From positions 430-64,429 of the forward strand of contig LUCE01000001.1 of assembly GCA_001593935.1 (NCBI GenBank): a stretch of 64,000 nt of DNA. Direction: 5' to 3'. Below, one piece after another: positions 9,525 to 18,679 of the stretch. Each line of letters starts with the position of its first letter. The stretch's first letter is position 1. Both the position numbers and the translations under genes were made by a program. The notes below the pieces were generated by a model. The model had not been told where the DNA came from. It searched no databases and saw only the letters and a list, made by a program, of their open reading frames with translations. This DNA is from Candidatus Bathyarchaeota archaeon B26-2. GTDB taxonomy: Archaea > Thermoproteota > Bathyarchaeia > Bathyarchaeales > B26-1.

Positions 9525-10403
9525 TCAAGGCACCTTGACACCAGGGATTCCCAACCTTATTCGATAGAGGGATGCTCTAGCCGTGATGAAGAGCGTTCTC
9601 CAATCCTCGCCGCCCCAAGCGCAGTTCGCCGGGGTCTCAGGGGTCCTTATCACGCCTAAATGGTCACCGTCCTCAGAGAATATCCAGACGCCGCCCGCCG
9701 CGGCCACGTAGAGGTTGCCTTCTACATCCACCTTCATCCCGTCGGGGTTACCCGGCAGCTCTGAACGAATCTCAGCGAAGACGCGGCCACCGCTCAGCGC
9801 CCCGTCAGGACGGACATCGAAAGCCCTTACATGCCTTCTACTAGAAGAGTCCGCGATGTAGAGAGTCTCCTCGTCAGGAGAGAAAGCCAACCCGTTAGGC
9901 CGATCGAAATCGGCCACTACCAGATTCAACTCTCCGCTGTCCGGATCGAGGTGGAAGACTCCTTGAAACGGGAGCTCCTGCTCTTCAGGCCTTATGCCGT
10001 AAGGCGGGTCTGTGAAGTAGATCGTCCCATCAGATTTCACTACGACGTCGTTCGGGCTGTTCAGACGTTTACCGCGGAAACCGTCGGCCAAAATTGTGTA
10101 GGTGCCGTCCAGCTCGATTCTGGAGAGCCTCCGGTTGCCATGTTCACAGATTATAAGTCTACCTTCCTTATCGTACGTCAAGCCGTTCGAGTTTCCGCTC
10201 GGCTCACGGAACACATCCACTTCCCCGTTTCCCGGCCACTTATAAATGCGGTTGGCTGGGATATCGCTGAAGAGCAGGAAATCTTCTGAAGCGTTCCAAA
10301 CAGGACCTTCAGTGAACTTAAAACCGGTTGCAATCCTCTCAAGCTTGCTCTCGTCCAACACGATTGATGCTAGGCCTCCACGTCGAATACACATAGATAC
10401 CAC
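9525..10403 (-). CDS. SMP-30/gluconolactonase/LRE-family beta-propeller protein
   Basis: FTEGPVWNASEDFLLFSDIPANRIYKW, NSPNDVVV, PNGLAFSPDE, PDGMKVD motifs. Confidence 0.8.
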   Translation of the reverse strand: MVSMCIRRGGLASIVLDESKLERIATGFKFTEGPVWNASEDFLLFSDIPANRIYKWPGNGEVDVFREPSGNSNGLTYDKEGRLIICEHGNRRLSRIELDGTYTILADGFRGKRLNSPNDVVVKSDGTIYFTDPPYGIRPEEQELPFQGVFHLDPDSGELNLVVADFDRPNGLAFSPDEETLYIADSSSRRHVRAFDVRPDGALSGGRVFAEIRSELPGNPDGMKVDVEGNLYVAAAGGVWIFSEDGDHLGVIRTPETPANCAWGGEDWRTLFITARASLYRIRLGIPGVKVP

Positions 10404-10506
10404 CCAGATAACAGAACGCAGCCGATCAGATAAGAGGGGGACGATCTCATCCTTTTAAGATTTTGGGGTAACCCCCTTTTAGCGGCCTCGTCTTCCTAAA
10501 GAAAGG

Positions 10507-10513
10507 TTTATAG
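10507..10513 (+). promoter_or_regulatory. Candidate TATA box for rps19
   Basis: TTTATAG preceded by a purine-rich GAAAGG, about 40 nt upstream of ATG 10549. Confidence 0.3.
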
Positions 10514-10548
10514 GCTTCTCTCATTTCTAAAGGGTAGTGAGTGGTAGT

Positions 10549-10950
10549 ATGCCGAGAGAGTTCAGATATATGGGATACACGCTTGAGAGGCTTCAAAGCA
10601 TCTCGATGGACGAGTTCATAGAGCTCCTTCCAGCCCGCCAGCGCAGAAGCCTACGAAGAGGACTCACTATTGAGCAGAGGAAACTACTCGAGAATGTTCG
10701 CAGAGCAAAGGAGAACCCGGAACTCGCCAAGAAACCAATAAAGACCCATGCAAGGGACATGATCATACTCCCTGAGATGGTTGGAACAGTCATCATGGTC
10801 CATAATGGAAAGGACTTTGTCCCCGTGGAGATAAAACCTGAGATGATCGGCCATTACCTAGGCGAGTTCGCTATAACGAACAAGCCTGTGAAGCATGGAA
10901 CTCCCGGTATCGGAGCCAGCCGAAGCAGCATGTATGTTCCGTTGAAGTAA
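10549..10950 (+). CDS. rps19: 30S ribosomal protein uS19 (S19P)
   Basis: Near-identical pattern to archaeal S19P (EFRYxGYTLE, [65 protein letters not shown]). The ORF opens at GTG 10537; ATG 10549 is preferred. Confidence 0.9.
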   Translation: MPREFRYMGYTLERLQSISMDEFIELLPARQRRSLRRGLTIEQRKLLENVRRAKENPELAKKPIKTHARDMIILPEMVGTVIMVHNGKDFVPVEIKPEMIGHYLGEFAITNKPVKHGTPGIGASRSSMYVPLK

Positions 10951-10985
10951 ACAGAACTAAAGAACGCCTGCATATTTGTAAACTT

Positions 10986-11618
10986 CTACTTTGTTCTAAT
11001 CTGGCTTAGAATCGTTCGCATCTGGTCTTCTGTTATGGCGTCCATCTCGTAGAGCTTTTTAGCTATCTCGTCGATGGTTGTTAGGCTATGAAGCCTAATC
11101 CCGTCCTTTGCAAGCCTCTCCGAGCCCCCTTCCATCCTATCCAAGAGGACAAAGGCGTCGGAGACCACACCTCCTTCAGACCCAACTATGGATGCAGCTT
11201 TCTGGAGGGTCAGACCAGTCGTTATAAGGTCATCGACGAGCAGAACCTTCTCACCGGGCATGAGAACCCCTTCGACTCTCCGTTCTCTCCCGCTTCTCCG
11301 AACCCTCTGCCGTATATAGAGGAAAGGCTTCCCTAAACGGTACGCTATGAAAGAAGCGAATGTTATCCCAGCCGTGGGTATACCAGCAACCCTATCAAAG
11401 TTCTCAGCTCCGATCTCCCTAACTATAAGGTCTACCGAAAAGTCGCAGACTTTACGAAAGGCATCAGGAAAACTCGGTATCAACCTTAAATCGACGTAAT
11501 AAGGGGTAATCTTACCGCCCGTAAGTCTAAACGTCCCAAACTCCAAAGCATTGATCTTCTTCAGGATATTGCAGAACTCAACCTTCATAGACTCCAAGGC
11601 CATATCATCCGGGGACAT
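10986..11618 (-). CDS. pyrE: Orotate phosphoribosyltransferase
   Basis: PRTase motif VLLVDDLITTGLT, N-terminal FGTFRLTGGKITPYYVDLR, and context downstream of pyrD-pyrK. Confidence 0.8.
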   Translation of the reverse strand: MSPDDMALESMKVEFCNILKKINALEFGTFRLTGGKITPYYVDLRLIPSFPDAFRKVCDFSVDLIVREIGAENFDRVAGIPTAGITFASFIAYRLGKPFLYIRQRVRRSGRERRVEGVLMPGEKVLLVDDLITTGLTLQKAASIVGSEGGVVSDAFVLLDRMEGGSERLAKDGIRLHSLTTIDEIAKKLYEMDAITEDQMRTILSQIRTK

Positions 11619-11702
11619 TAAACGTTCACCGTAGGAGTAAGGGTTTCCCGCTTTATAAAGGAATACGTAACGAAAGCCGGGGGAGAACGGTGTAAGGCTT
11701 CT

Positions 11703-12512
11703 CTAAATGGGGGTCTTCCTCCCGTCGAAGCCCCGTTTGAACTTTCCAAAGTCTCGGACCGTCCTCAGCTGGTCGGAGGTGAAGATGGGGCCATCCTTGC
11801 AGACCCTATAGGGACCTAATACGCAGCTCCCGCATATACCTATTGCGCATCGGATTATCCGTTCGAGGCTGAGTTGTGCCGGTATCCTGTGCTCCTCGGC
11901 TATCTTGAATATTTTATGCATCATCGCCTCCGGCCCGCACGAGTATATAATTTCGAACCGTTCTGAAGAGATAACGTTCTCAGCCAGCTCCGTTACGAGT
12001 CCCTTAGCCCCATAAGTGCCGTCCTCGGTGGTTACAAGGAGGTTTATCCCGCCTCGAGATGAGAGCTCACTGAGCCTCTCGGTGAACAGTAGGTCGCGCC
12101 TCGACTTAACCCCTAAAAGCACGGTGGTCTCAACGCCTTCCATTGTGAGGCGGTCGATCAAGGGCATAAGCGAAGCCATACCTATACCTCCTCCGACGAC
12201 TAGGGCTCTTCCGCTCCTGCTGATCGTCTCAAAGTGGTTTCCAAAGGGTCCCCTAACACCGATCAACTCTCCGGTTTCCATACTCTTGAGGGCCCTTGTG
12301 GCTTCACCCACCTCAGCCACGGTAACGGAGGAGAATCCATCCATGGACTGGGACCCTATCGACGAGAGGGTTAGGGGAATCTCGTCGACTCCGGGTATCC
12401 AGACCATAACGAACTGTCCAGCCTTAGCAGATGAGCAGAGGTCATCTGCGAAAAAAAGTGTTCTAACGTTCGGGTTCTCATCCTTAACGGCCTTTACCTC
12501 GACGATCCTCAT
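11703..12512 (-). CDS. pyrK: Dihydroorotate dehydrogenase electron-transfer subunit
   Basis: FNR-like fold plus C-terminal 2Fe-2S motif CAIGICGSCV...CKDGP. ATG 12512 lies 4 nt after the pyrD stop; the ORF extends to TTG 12542. Confidence 0.8.
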   Translation of the reverse strand: MRIVEVKAVKDENPNVRTLFFADDLCSSAKAGQFVMVWIPGVDEIPLTLSSIGSQSMDGFSSVTVAEVGEATRALKSMETGELIGVRGPFGNHFETISRSGRALVVGGGIGMASLMPLIDRLTMEGVETTVLLGVKSRRDLLFTERLSELSSRGGINLLVTTEDGTYGAKGLVTELAENVISSERFEIIYSCGPEAMMHKIFKIAEEHRIPAQLSLERIIRCAIGICGSCVLGPYRVCKDGPIFTSDQLRTVRDFGKFKRGFDGRKTPI

Positions 12513-12516
12513 GCGG

Positions 12517-13443
12517 TTAGCCTCTGTGGGATAGGCCGACAATCTCCTTCACACTCCCGTAACCCTTCCTTTCTAGGTAGGACTCTATACCCTCAGCAAC
12601 AAGCCGAAAGACGTCGAGGCCTTTAGAGGCTACGGCGGTCCCTATCTGGACCGCTGAGGCGCCCGCCAAGATAAACTCCACAGCGTCCCTCCATGACGAT
12701 ATCCCGCCACACCCAATTATCGGCACGTCGAGAACCCGGTAAAGTTCATATACGCACCTGACGGCGATGGGCTTTATCGCTCGACCTGAGAGCCCTCCAA
12801 TCTTATTCGCGAGGATAGGACGAGCCGTCTCCACATCGATCGTCATGGCTCTGACAGTATTGATGGCGGTTAAGGCATCGGCACCAGCCTCAACCGCGGC
12901 TTCACCCAACTCCACGATATCTGAGGCGTTAGGCGTCAGTTTGGCGAAGACCGGTTTATCTACAGCGTCCTTGACCCTCTTGACAACCTCTGAGATGAGT
13001 TTGGGGTTCCTTCCCACATCAGATCCGGCTCCCTTGACGTGGGGACAGGAGAGGTTCAGCTCCACGGCGTCGGCTCCAGCTTGAACTGCGACAGCGGCCA
13101 CCTCAGCGTACTCTTCGGGAGAGAATCCGTAGACGCTTACTATGAGAGGAACCTCCAGACCCTCTAGACTCCTTATCTCTTCAGCGAAACTATGGATACC
13201 GGGGTTTGGCAGTCCAACTGCGTTGAGTAGACCGCACTCAACCTCTATCACGGTCGGGTTCGGGTATCCCTCACGAGGCTCAAGCCCCACAGACTTCGTC
13301 ACAACGGCTCCGGCCCCGGACTGAGCGGTTCTCCGTAACATATCGGAGGTCGTTCCCAGTATACCGGAGGCCAGCATCGTTGGATTCTGAAGCTTTAGCC
13401 CGGCAACCTCCGTCGTGAGACGTCTTGAGCGTCGCGGCTGCAA
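12517..13443 (-). CDS. pyrD: Dihydroorotate dehydrogenase (class 1B) catalytic subunit
   Basis: NPTMLASGILG, ELNLSCPH, GGLSGRAIKPIA, IIGCGGI motifs. Confidence 0.85.
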   Translation of the reverse strand: MQPRRSRRLTTEVAGLKLQNPTMLASGILGTTSDMLRRTAQSGAGAVVTKSVGLEPREGYPNPTVIEVECGLLNAVGLPNPGIHSFAEEIRSLEGLEVPLIVSVYGFSPEEYAEVAAVAVQAGADAVELNLSCPHVKGAGSDVGRNPKLISEVVKRVKDAVDKPVFAKLTPNASDIVELGEAAVEAGADALTAINTVRAMTIDVETARPILANKIGGLSGRAIKPIAVRCVYELYRVLDVPIIGCGGISSWRDAVEFILAGASAVQIGTAVASKGLDVFRLVAEGIESYLERKGYGSVKEIVGLSHRG

Positions 13444-13567
13444 AGGGTTATCGCCTTCCTATTTTAGGGTGTGGGAGAACCTTTAAAGATTCTCCTGAGA
13501 GGCATCTTGGGAAGACTTATGAATCACTATTCTAAGAGGATGACTGTGTAAAGGGTGGAACTCCTCC

Positions 13568-14482
13568 ATGGTCATTAAGGTTGGTTGTTGCGGTTATCCC
13601 GTGTCTATGGGGAGGTACCAAGAAGCTTTCCACCTCGTCGAGTTGAACAGTACATTCTACAAGTATCCTAGGGTCTCCACGGTTGAAGGGTGGAGAAGGA
13701 AGGCTCCACCAGACTTCGAGTTCACGGTTAAGGCGCATCAAGAGATAAGTCACAAGTACAGGCTTAGGCTCAAGTTGGCCGCTGAAGCCTTCGAGAGGAT
13801 GAAAGCGATCTGTCGAATCTTGGAGTCGCGTATACTTCTAGTTCAGACGCCGGCCTCTTTCAGACCGGAATCTTTAGGAGTAGCCGAGGAGTTCTTCACG
13901 GGGGTAAACCGCGAAGGCTTGATCCTCGTCTGGGAGACCCGTGGGCCAGCTTGGGAGAGACCCGATGTGAGAGGTAGGCTCAGCGAAACCTTGGAGCGGC
14001 TGGACATTCCGCACGTAACTGACCCGTTTAGGATAATGCCCACCTACATGGGAGAAGTTGCTTACTTTAGGCTCCACGGGCTTGGCTCCCGCATGTACTA
14101 CTACCAATACACCGATGATGAACTCAGAACTCTATATGAAAGGGTTAAACCTCTAAACTCGGAGGGAAGAAGTGTATACGTACTCTTCAACAACCTCTCC
14201 ATGTTCGAGGACGCCCTCAGGTTCAAGCATCTACTGAAGGAGGGAAGCCTACCGAGTCTAACGGGCTCGGTGGGCTTAGAGTCCGTTAGGGTCGTGGTTG
14301 GGAAGGTTCGGTATCCGCTCAGTAAGAGTAGGCTGATCGCCAAACTGGGCTGGAGACTCGTCGAAGCCGAGGACGGCAGTCAGGTTAGGTTAAGCGAGTT
14401 GCTGAAGGATATACCGTCTAAGACCTACAAAACCCCAGATGAGGTCCTAAAGGAAGTTAGGCGGCTCCTTACGCATCTGTAA
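13568..14482 (+). CDS. DUF72 (UPF0759) family protein with extra C-terminal ~65-aa domain
   Basis: GCCGYP..., ELNSTFYKYP, W...PPDFEFTVKA, YFRLHG, YVLFNN motifs. The tail KVRYPLSKSRLIAKLG...LLKDIPSKTYKTPDEV resembles DUF2795. Confidence 0.7.
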   Translation: MVIKVGCCGYPVSMGRYQEAFHLVELNSTFYKYPRVSTVEGWRRKAPPDFEFTVKAHQEISHKYRLRLKLAAEAFERMKAICRILESRILLVQTPASFRPESLGVAEEFFTGVNREGLILVWETRGPAWERPDVRGRLSETLERLDIPHVTDPFRIMPTYMGEVAYFRLHGLGSRMYYYQYTDDELRTLYERVKPLNSEGRSVYVLFNNLSMFEDALRFKHLLKEGSLPSLTGSVGLESVRVVVGKVRYPLSKSRLIAKLGWRLVEAEDGSQVRLSELLKDIPSKTYKTPDEVLKEVRRLLTHL

Positions 14483-14692
14483 GGAATCTTATAAGTGGAA
14501 AAGGTTTGAGGCAGTCCTCCACAGCAGACGATTATTTGCGGCTTTGTTCCACCGGAATTTACGACTACCCTTTGTAGGCCCTATTAAAGAGGTAATCCAC
14601 TTCTTGAATTATTCTTTATGTTCTCGGGGAGTCATAAAGTTGATAATTTAAGTGTTTTGCTGGAAGAGGAATCGGAAACGTTAGGTTAAAGG

Positions 14693-15271
14693 TTATGAAG
14701 AGGAACCTTTGGGCTTATCCACTTTTTTAGATATGGCGTAGTTGATCAGACCGTACCCGAAAACTGTGAGGCCTATCATCCCAATCACCGGTGAGGTTAA
14801 ACTTGCTACAATCTGTATCGGCTGGATTCTGGAGTATTTTAGGGTTACCGTCCCCCAGGCGCTGCTCCATTCGTCACCTTCAACGGTTACGACTACCTTG
14901 TCCAAATAACCGTCGACATTAATCTTACCAGTTAAGCTGCCAGAGGTTGAGGACATCTCCATGCTGCTAGAGTTTATTATCATGCCTTCGGTCCCCATAA
15001 AACTGACCCTAATCTTGACCCTACCTTCCTTGTACGTATTTATGGTTACGTTGTATATTAGAAGGATGACGTCAGCCTCCGAGACGTGAGTTACATGAGT
15101 TTCTTTTTCTCCTTGTTGGAGGGTAAACGCATCTCGGATTTGATAATATTGACCGAAGGTGTTAATTAGATACATATTTACAGCTTGAGAAAGAAAAATT
15201 AAGACTAAACCTAGAGCTATCAATCCTATTGTTCGAGTCTTAATGTTTGGCGTGGAGCCAACAGGCAACAA
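14693..15271 (-). CDS. Bitopic membrane protein (N- and C-terminal TM helices flanking a beta-rich ectodomain)
   Basis: 192 aa with a TTG start that overlaps the stop of the preceding ABC ATPase by 32 nt. No recognised family. Confidence 0.4.
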   Translation of the reverse strand: MLPVGSTPNIKTRTIGLIALGLVLIFLSQAVNMYLINTFGQYYQIRDAFTLQQGEKETHVTHVSEADVILLIYNVTINTYKEGRVKIRVSFMGTEGMIINSSSMEMSSTSGSLTGKINVDGYLDKVVVTVEGDEWSSAWGTVTLKYSRIQPIQIVASLTSPVIGMIGLTVFGYGLINYAISKKVDKPKGSSS

Positions 15272-16235
15272 AACCCTCCTTTTCTCTCTCTACGATTGGA
15301 GGCTCCTCCACACGACATATGTCCATCACGTATGGGCATCTTGGGTGAAATCGGCATCCAGATGGAGGATGGATTAGGTTCGGAGGTTCACCCGGCGGGA
15401 CATCTCTTAGAACCTTCCTGTTCTCTGGGTCCGGATCCGGTATGGCCTTAATTAGAGCCTGCGTGTATGGATGGAGAGGCTTCATTATGACATCCCGTAT
15501 ATTACCGGACTCGAGTATCTTCCCAGCATACATTATGAAGAGCCTCTCCGAGAAGTACTTGGTTGTGGCGAGGTCGTGAGTTATATATATGAAGCTTATC
15601 TTCCTCGTTTCTTGCAAGTTTCTCAGTAGAGTGAGCGTCTCTATCCGAACGGAGGCGTCAAGCATCGAGACCGGTTCGTCGGCTATTACGAGCTCTGGCT
15701 CTAGAACCAGGGCTCTAGCTATGGCAACCCTCTGAAGCTGGCCTCCGCTTAACATGTGGGGATACTTCGAGGCGAAGTCTTCTACCGGAGTGAGCCTAAC
15801 TGCAGATAAGGCGTCATAAACCCTCTTAAGCCGCTCACTCTTATCGCCGATTTTGTGTATTATCAAAGGTTCCTCGATGATTCTACGTATCGGCAAGAAG
15901 CTCGGCAAAGCACCATAAGGGTCCTGCTGGATGAGGCTTGTCTCCCGTCGGTACCACATAAGACTCTCTGAGGAGAGATGGGTCACATCTTTATCCTTGA
16001 AGATTATTTTGCCCTTCGTCGGCTCATATAACCTAAGTATAGTCTTGCCAAGCGTGGTCTTCCCACTTCCTGACTCTCCAACCAAAGATATGGATTCACC
16101 CTTCTTGAGGGTAAAGGTGACCCCGTCAACAGCCTTAACGTATACCGGCTTCGAGAATAAGCCCTTCCTCAACTCGAAGAACTTTCTCAAATCCTCCACG
16201 GTTAGTATCATTTCGCCTTCACTCATATTCTCCAC
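15240..16235 (-). CDS. Oligopeptide/dipeptide ABC transporter ATP-binding protein (OppF/DppF-type)
   Basis: Walker A GESGSGKT, signature LSGGQLQR, Walker B IADEP, and the C-terminal Opp-type extension HPYT...PSGCRFHPRCP. Confidence 0.85.
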   Translation of the reverse strand: MENMSEGEMILTVEDLRKFFELRKGLFSKPVYVKAVDGVTFTLKKGESISLVGESGSGKTTLGKTILRLYEPTKGKIIFKDKDVTHLSSESLMWYRRETSLIQQDPYGALPSFLPIRRIIEEPLIIHKIGDKSERLKRVYDALSAVRLTPVEDFASKYPHMLSGGQLQRVAIARALVLEPELVIADEPVSMLDASVRIETLTLLRNLQETRKISFIYITHDLATTKYFSERLFIMYAGKILESGNIRDVIMKPLHPYTQALIKAIPDPDPENRKVLRDVPPGEPPNLIHPPSGCRFHPRCPYVMDICRVEEPPIVEREKEGFVACWLHAKH

Positions 16236-16243
16236 TCAACCAT

Positions 16244-17212
16244 TCACGCGTAAAGCCAACACTTCACATAATGTCCCGACCCAAGATCGACGGCGGTAGG
16301 TCGCTCTTTCATACACTTGTCAAAGGCGTAGGGACATCTCGGGTGGAATCGGCATCCTGGAGGCGGATAGATCAGACTTGGGGGAGCTCCAGGGATGAAA
16401 TCCAGTTGCTTATCGGTCCTCAAGGTTGGTACGCTTGCCATGAGCTTCTCCGCGTAGGGGTGGGACGGTTTAACGTAAAAGGTCTCGGCGTCAGCCATCT
16501 CAACTATCTCCCCAGCGTACATAACCGCGACCTTGTCGGCTAACTCGCTGCTTAGGGCTATATCGTGCGTTATAAATATGTAACTCAGCTCGAGCTCGTT
16601 CTTGAGCTTCTTGAGGAGGTTCATTATATTGGCTTGGGTTATGACGTCTAGGGCGGAGGTAGGCTCGTCGAGTATGATTATCTGTGGTCTCGTGATGAGA
16701 GCCATTGCTATGACAACTCGTTGCTTCATTCCTCCACTGAGTTCGAATGGGTACCTATCGATGAAAGACTCATGTATACCCACCATTCTTAGGGCCTCCC
16801 CAGCCCTCTTTAGAGCTTCAACTTTACTCATGTTCTCATGGATCATGAGGGGCTCAGCGACTTGGTAGCCCGCTTTCAAGATGGGGTTAAGGGAGTTCAT
16901 GGCACCTTGAAAGACCATGGAGATTTTTTTCCATCTAACGTCCTTCCTGAATCTTTCATCATCCAGCTCCATGATGTTCTTTCCGTCAAGGATTATCGAG
17001 CCTCTGTAGAGGTGTACGTTCCTCGGCAGCAGCCGTATGATAGCCCTCGCCGTAGAGGTCTTTCCGCACCCAGACTCCCCTACTACGGCTACAGTCTCTC
17101 CCCGTTTTAGACTCAATGATATATCGTCAACGGCCTTAACCACGCCCTTCCTAGTTGCGTAGTAAAGGTGTAGGTTTCTCACATCGAGGAGGCTTTGTTC
17201 CATCGTCGACAC
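16244..17212 (-). CDS. Oligopeptide/dipeptide ABC transporter ATP-binding protein (OppD/DppD-type)
   Basis: GESGCGKT, LSGGMKQR, ILDEPTSALD, HPYA...PPGCRFHPRCP. Confidence 0.85.
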   Translation of the reverse strand: MSTMEQSLLDVRNLHLYYATRKGVVKAVDDISLSLKRGETVAVVGESGCGKTSTARAIIRLLPRNVHLYRGSIILDGKNIMELDDERFRKDVRWKKISMVFQGAMNSLNPILKAGYQVAEPLMIHENMSKVEALKRAGEALRMVGIHESFIDRYPFELSGGMKQRVVIAMALITRPQIIILDEPTSALDVITQANIMNLLKKLKNELELSYIFITHDIALSSELADKVAVMYAGEIVEMADAETFYVKPSHPYAEKLMASVPTLRTDKQLDFIPGAPPSLIYPPPGCRFHPRCPYAFDKCMKERPTAVDLGSGHYVKCWLYA

Positions 17213-17220
17213 CTTAACTA

Positions 17221-18669
17221 CTAAATCTCTCTAAGCTTTGGATTCACTATCTTATCTAGAGCGAACCCTATGAACGCAAATGCGAAAGCGGTCAAGATGA
17301 GCATAAAGGATGGCTGCAGGACCCAGTAGTAGTATCCCTTGTACAGGGCTCCCCAACGATAGCTGTCGTTGATCACCTTGCCCCAAGTTGGTAGGAACGG
17401 GTCTCCTAGACCGAGGAGGGAGAGAGCTGCCTCGAGGAAGACGTATCCTGGAACAGCTCCTATCAAGCCTGGGATGACTGGAGGCAATATTTTAGGAATT
17501 ATGTATAGGAGTACTATTCTCTTTGAACTTGCTCCGTACGCCCTAGCTGCCTCTATGTACGGGTACTCCTTTATCTGCATCACCAAGGCCCTTGTACTCT
17601 TTATTCCACCACCAAATATGTTTAAGATTATTATCGCAGCTAGGATCACCCATATGTCCAGCTTATAGAATGCTGCGATCATTATGAGGAAGGGTAGAAA
17701 CGGCAGTATCATGTATAGTTCGGTTAGTCTCTGAATTAGGGCATCGATCCATCCCCCATAGTATCCGCTTATAGTCGCTATTATGAGTTGGAGGAATGTT
17801 ATCGTTAGTGAGGCTATGAGGCCGAATGACAAGGCTATTGGAAGGCCCCACAACATCGCTATCGTTAGGTCCCTTCTTAAGTGGTCAGTTCCACACATGC
17901 CGTAAACCTTACCGTAGATTATGAGCCGTGCATCTACATCGGAGTCTTTACCGAAGAGAAGTCCCTCAATGATCAGTTTATACGTCCCTTTAAGGGGCTT
18001 AACCGTTAAAGAACTCGACATGGACTCATCCTCGACTGCGAAGAGCGCCTTCTCAACGGATAACGGTACCTCAGGGTTCTTCCCTAAGGCGTAAAGTTTT
18101 TCCTCCACGTAAGAGCGGAGAACTTTCAACACATCATGTTCTATCGACAAGTAAAGTCGATCATATTTGTCTCTAGGGATGAAATCTAAAAGCTCTATCT
18201 TGTTTCCTCCCGGTTTCTCCCAAGCAATCCTTAATATGGGCGCGCTTTCGTTGAACTTGGACGAAAAGAATATATTGATCTCACTGGGAAAGTCGTCATA
18301 CTCGTACTTGAAAGAAAACTCTATGTAAAGCCTCTTTAGGTTAGTTCCCGGTATAGCTCTCAGAGACTTGTAGACGCCGTATTGTTTTGAGTCGGAGGTA
18401 TCTCTCTTTATGGTCTCCGGGAGGTTCCTGCCTCTTAAGTATTCCCAGTATTTGACCCATATTGGTTGGGCGTTCCTCGGGTTCTCGATCCATACCTCTT
18501 CTTCGCCTCTCCAGAGCTTTATCGCTTTATCGTAGGGTATAGCAACGACCGTGTAGATGGATAAGGCCACTAGGAACACGAGGATGACTACACCTAGAGC
18601 CCCTGACTTGTATGCCAGTAGTTCCTTGAGGACCCCTTTAAATCCGAGCTCCATTCCCTCCGCGCCCAT
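17221..18669 (-). CDS. Opp/Dpp-type ABC permease (OppC-like) with ~240-aa extracytoplasmic insertion after TM1
   Basis: BPD_transp_1-like C-terminal core (EAARAYGASSKRIVLLYIIP). Confidence 0.8.
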   Translation of the reverse strand: MGAEGMELGFKGVLKELLAYKSGALGVVILVFLVALSIYTVVAIPYDKAIKLWRGEEEVWIENPRNAQPIWVKYWEYLRGRNLPETIKRDTSDSKQYGVYKSLRAIPGTNLKRLYIEFSFKYEYDDFPSEINIFFSSKFNESAPILRIAWEKPGGNKIELLDFIPRDKYDRLYLSIEHDVLKVLRSYVEEKLYALGKNPEVPLSVEKALFAVEDESMSSSLTVKPLKGTYKLIIEGLLFGKDSDVDARLIIYGKVYGMCGTDHLRRDLTIAMLWGLPIALSFGLIASLTITFLQLIIATISGYYGGWIDALIQRLTELYMILPFLPFLIMIAAFYKLDIWVILAAIIILNIFGGGIKSTRALVMQIKEYPYIEAARAYGASSKRIVLLYIIPKILPPVIPGLIGAVPGYVFLEAALSLLGLGDPFLPTWGKVINDSYRWGALYKGYYYWVLQPSFMLILTAFAFAFIGFALDKIVNPKLREI

Positions 18670-18679
18670 TCGCTCACCA

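Noticed and set aside
12513-12542. Upstream TTG extension of pyrK overlapping pyrD by 26 nt.
   Set aside because: ATG 12512, 4 nt after the pyrD stop, gives an N-terminus (MRIVEVK...) that matches typical PyrK starts.
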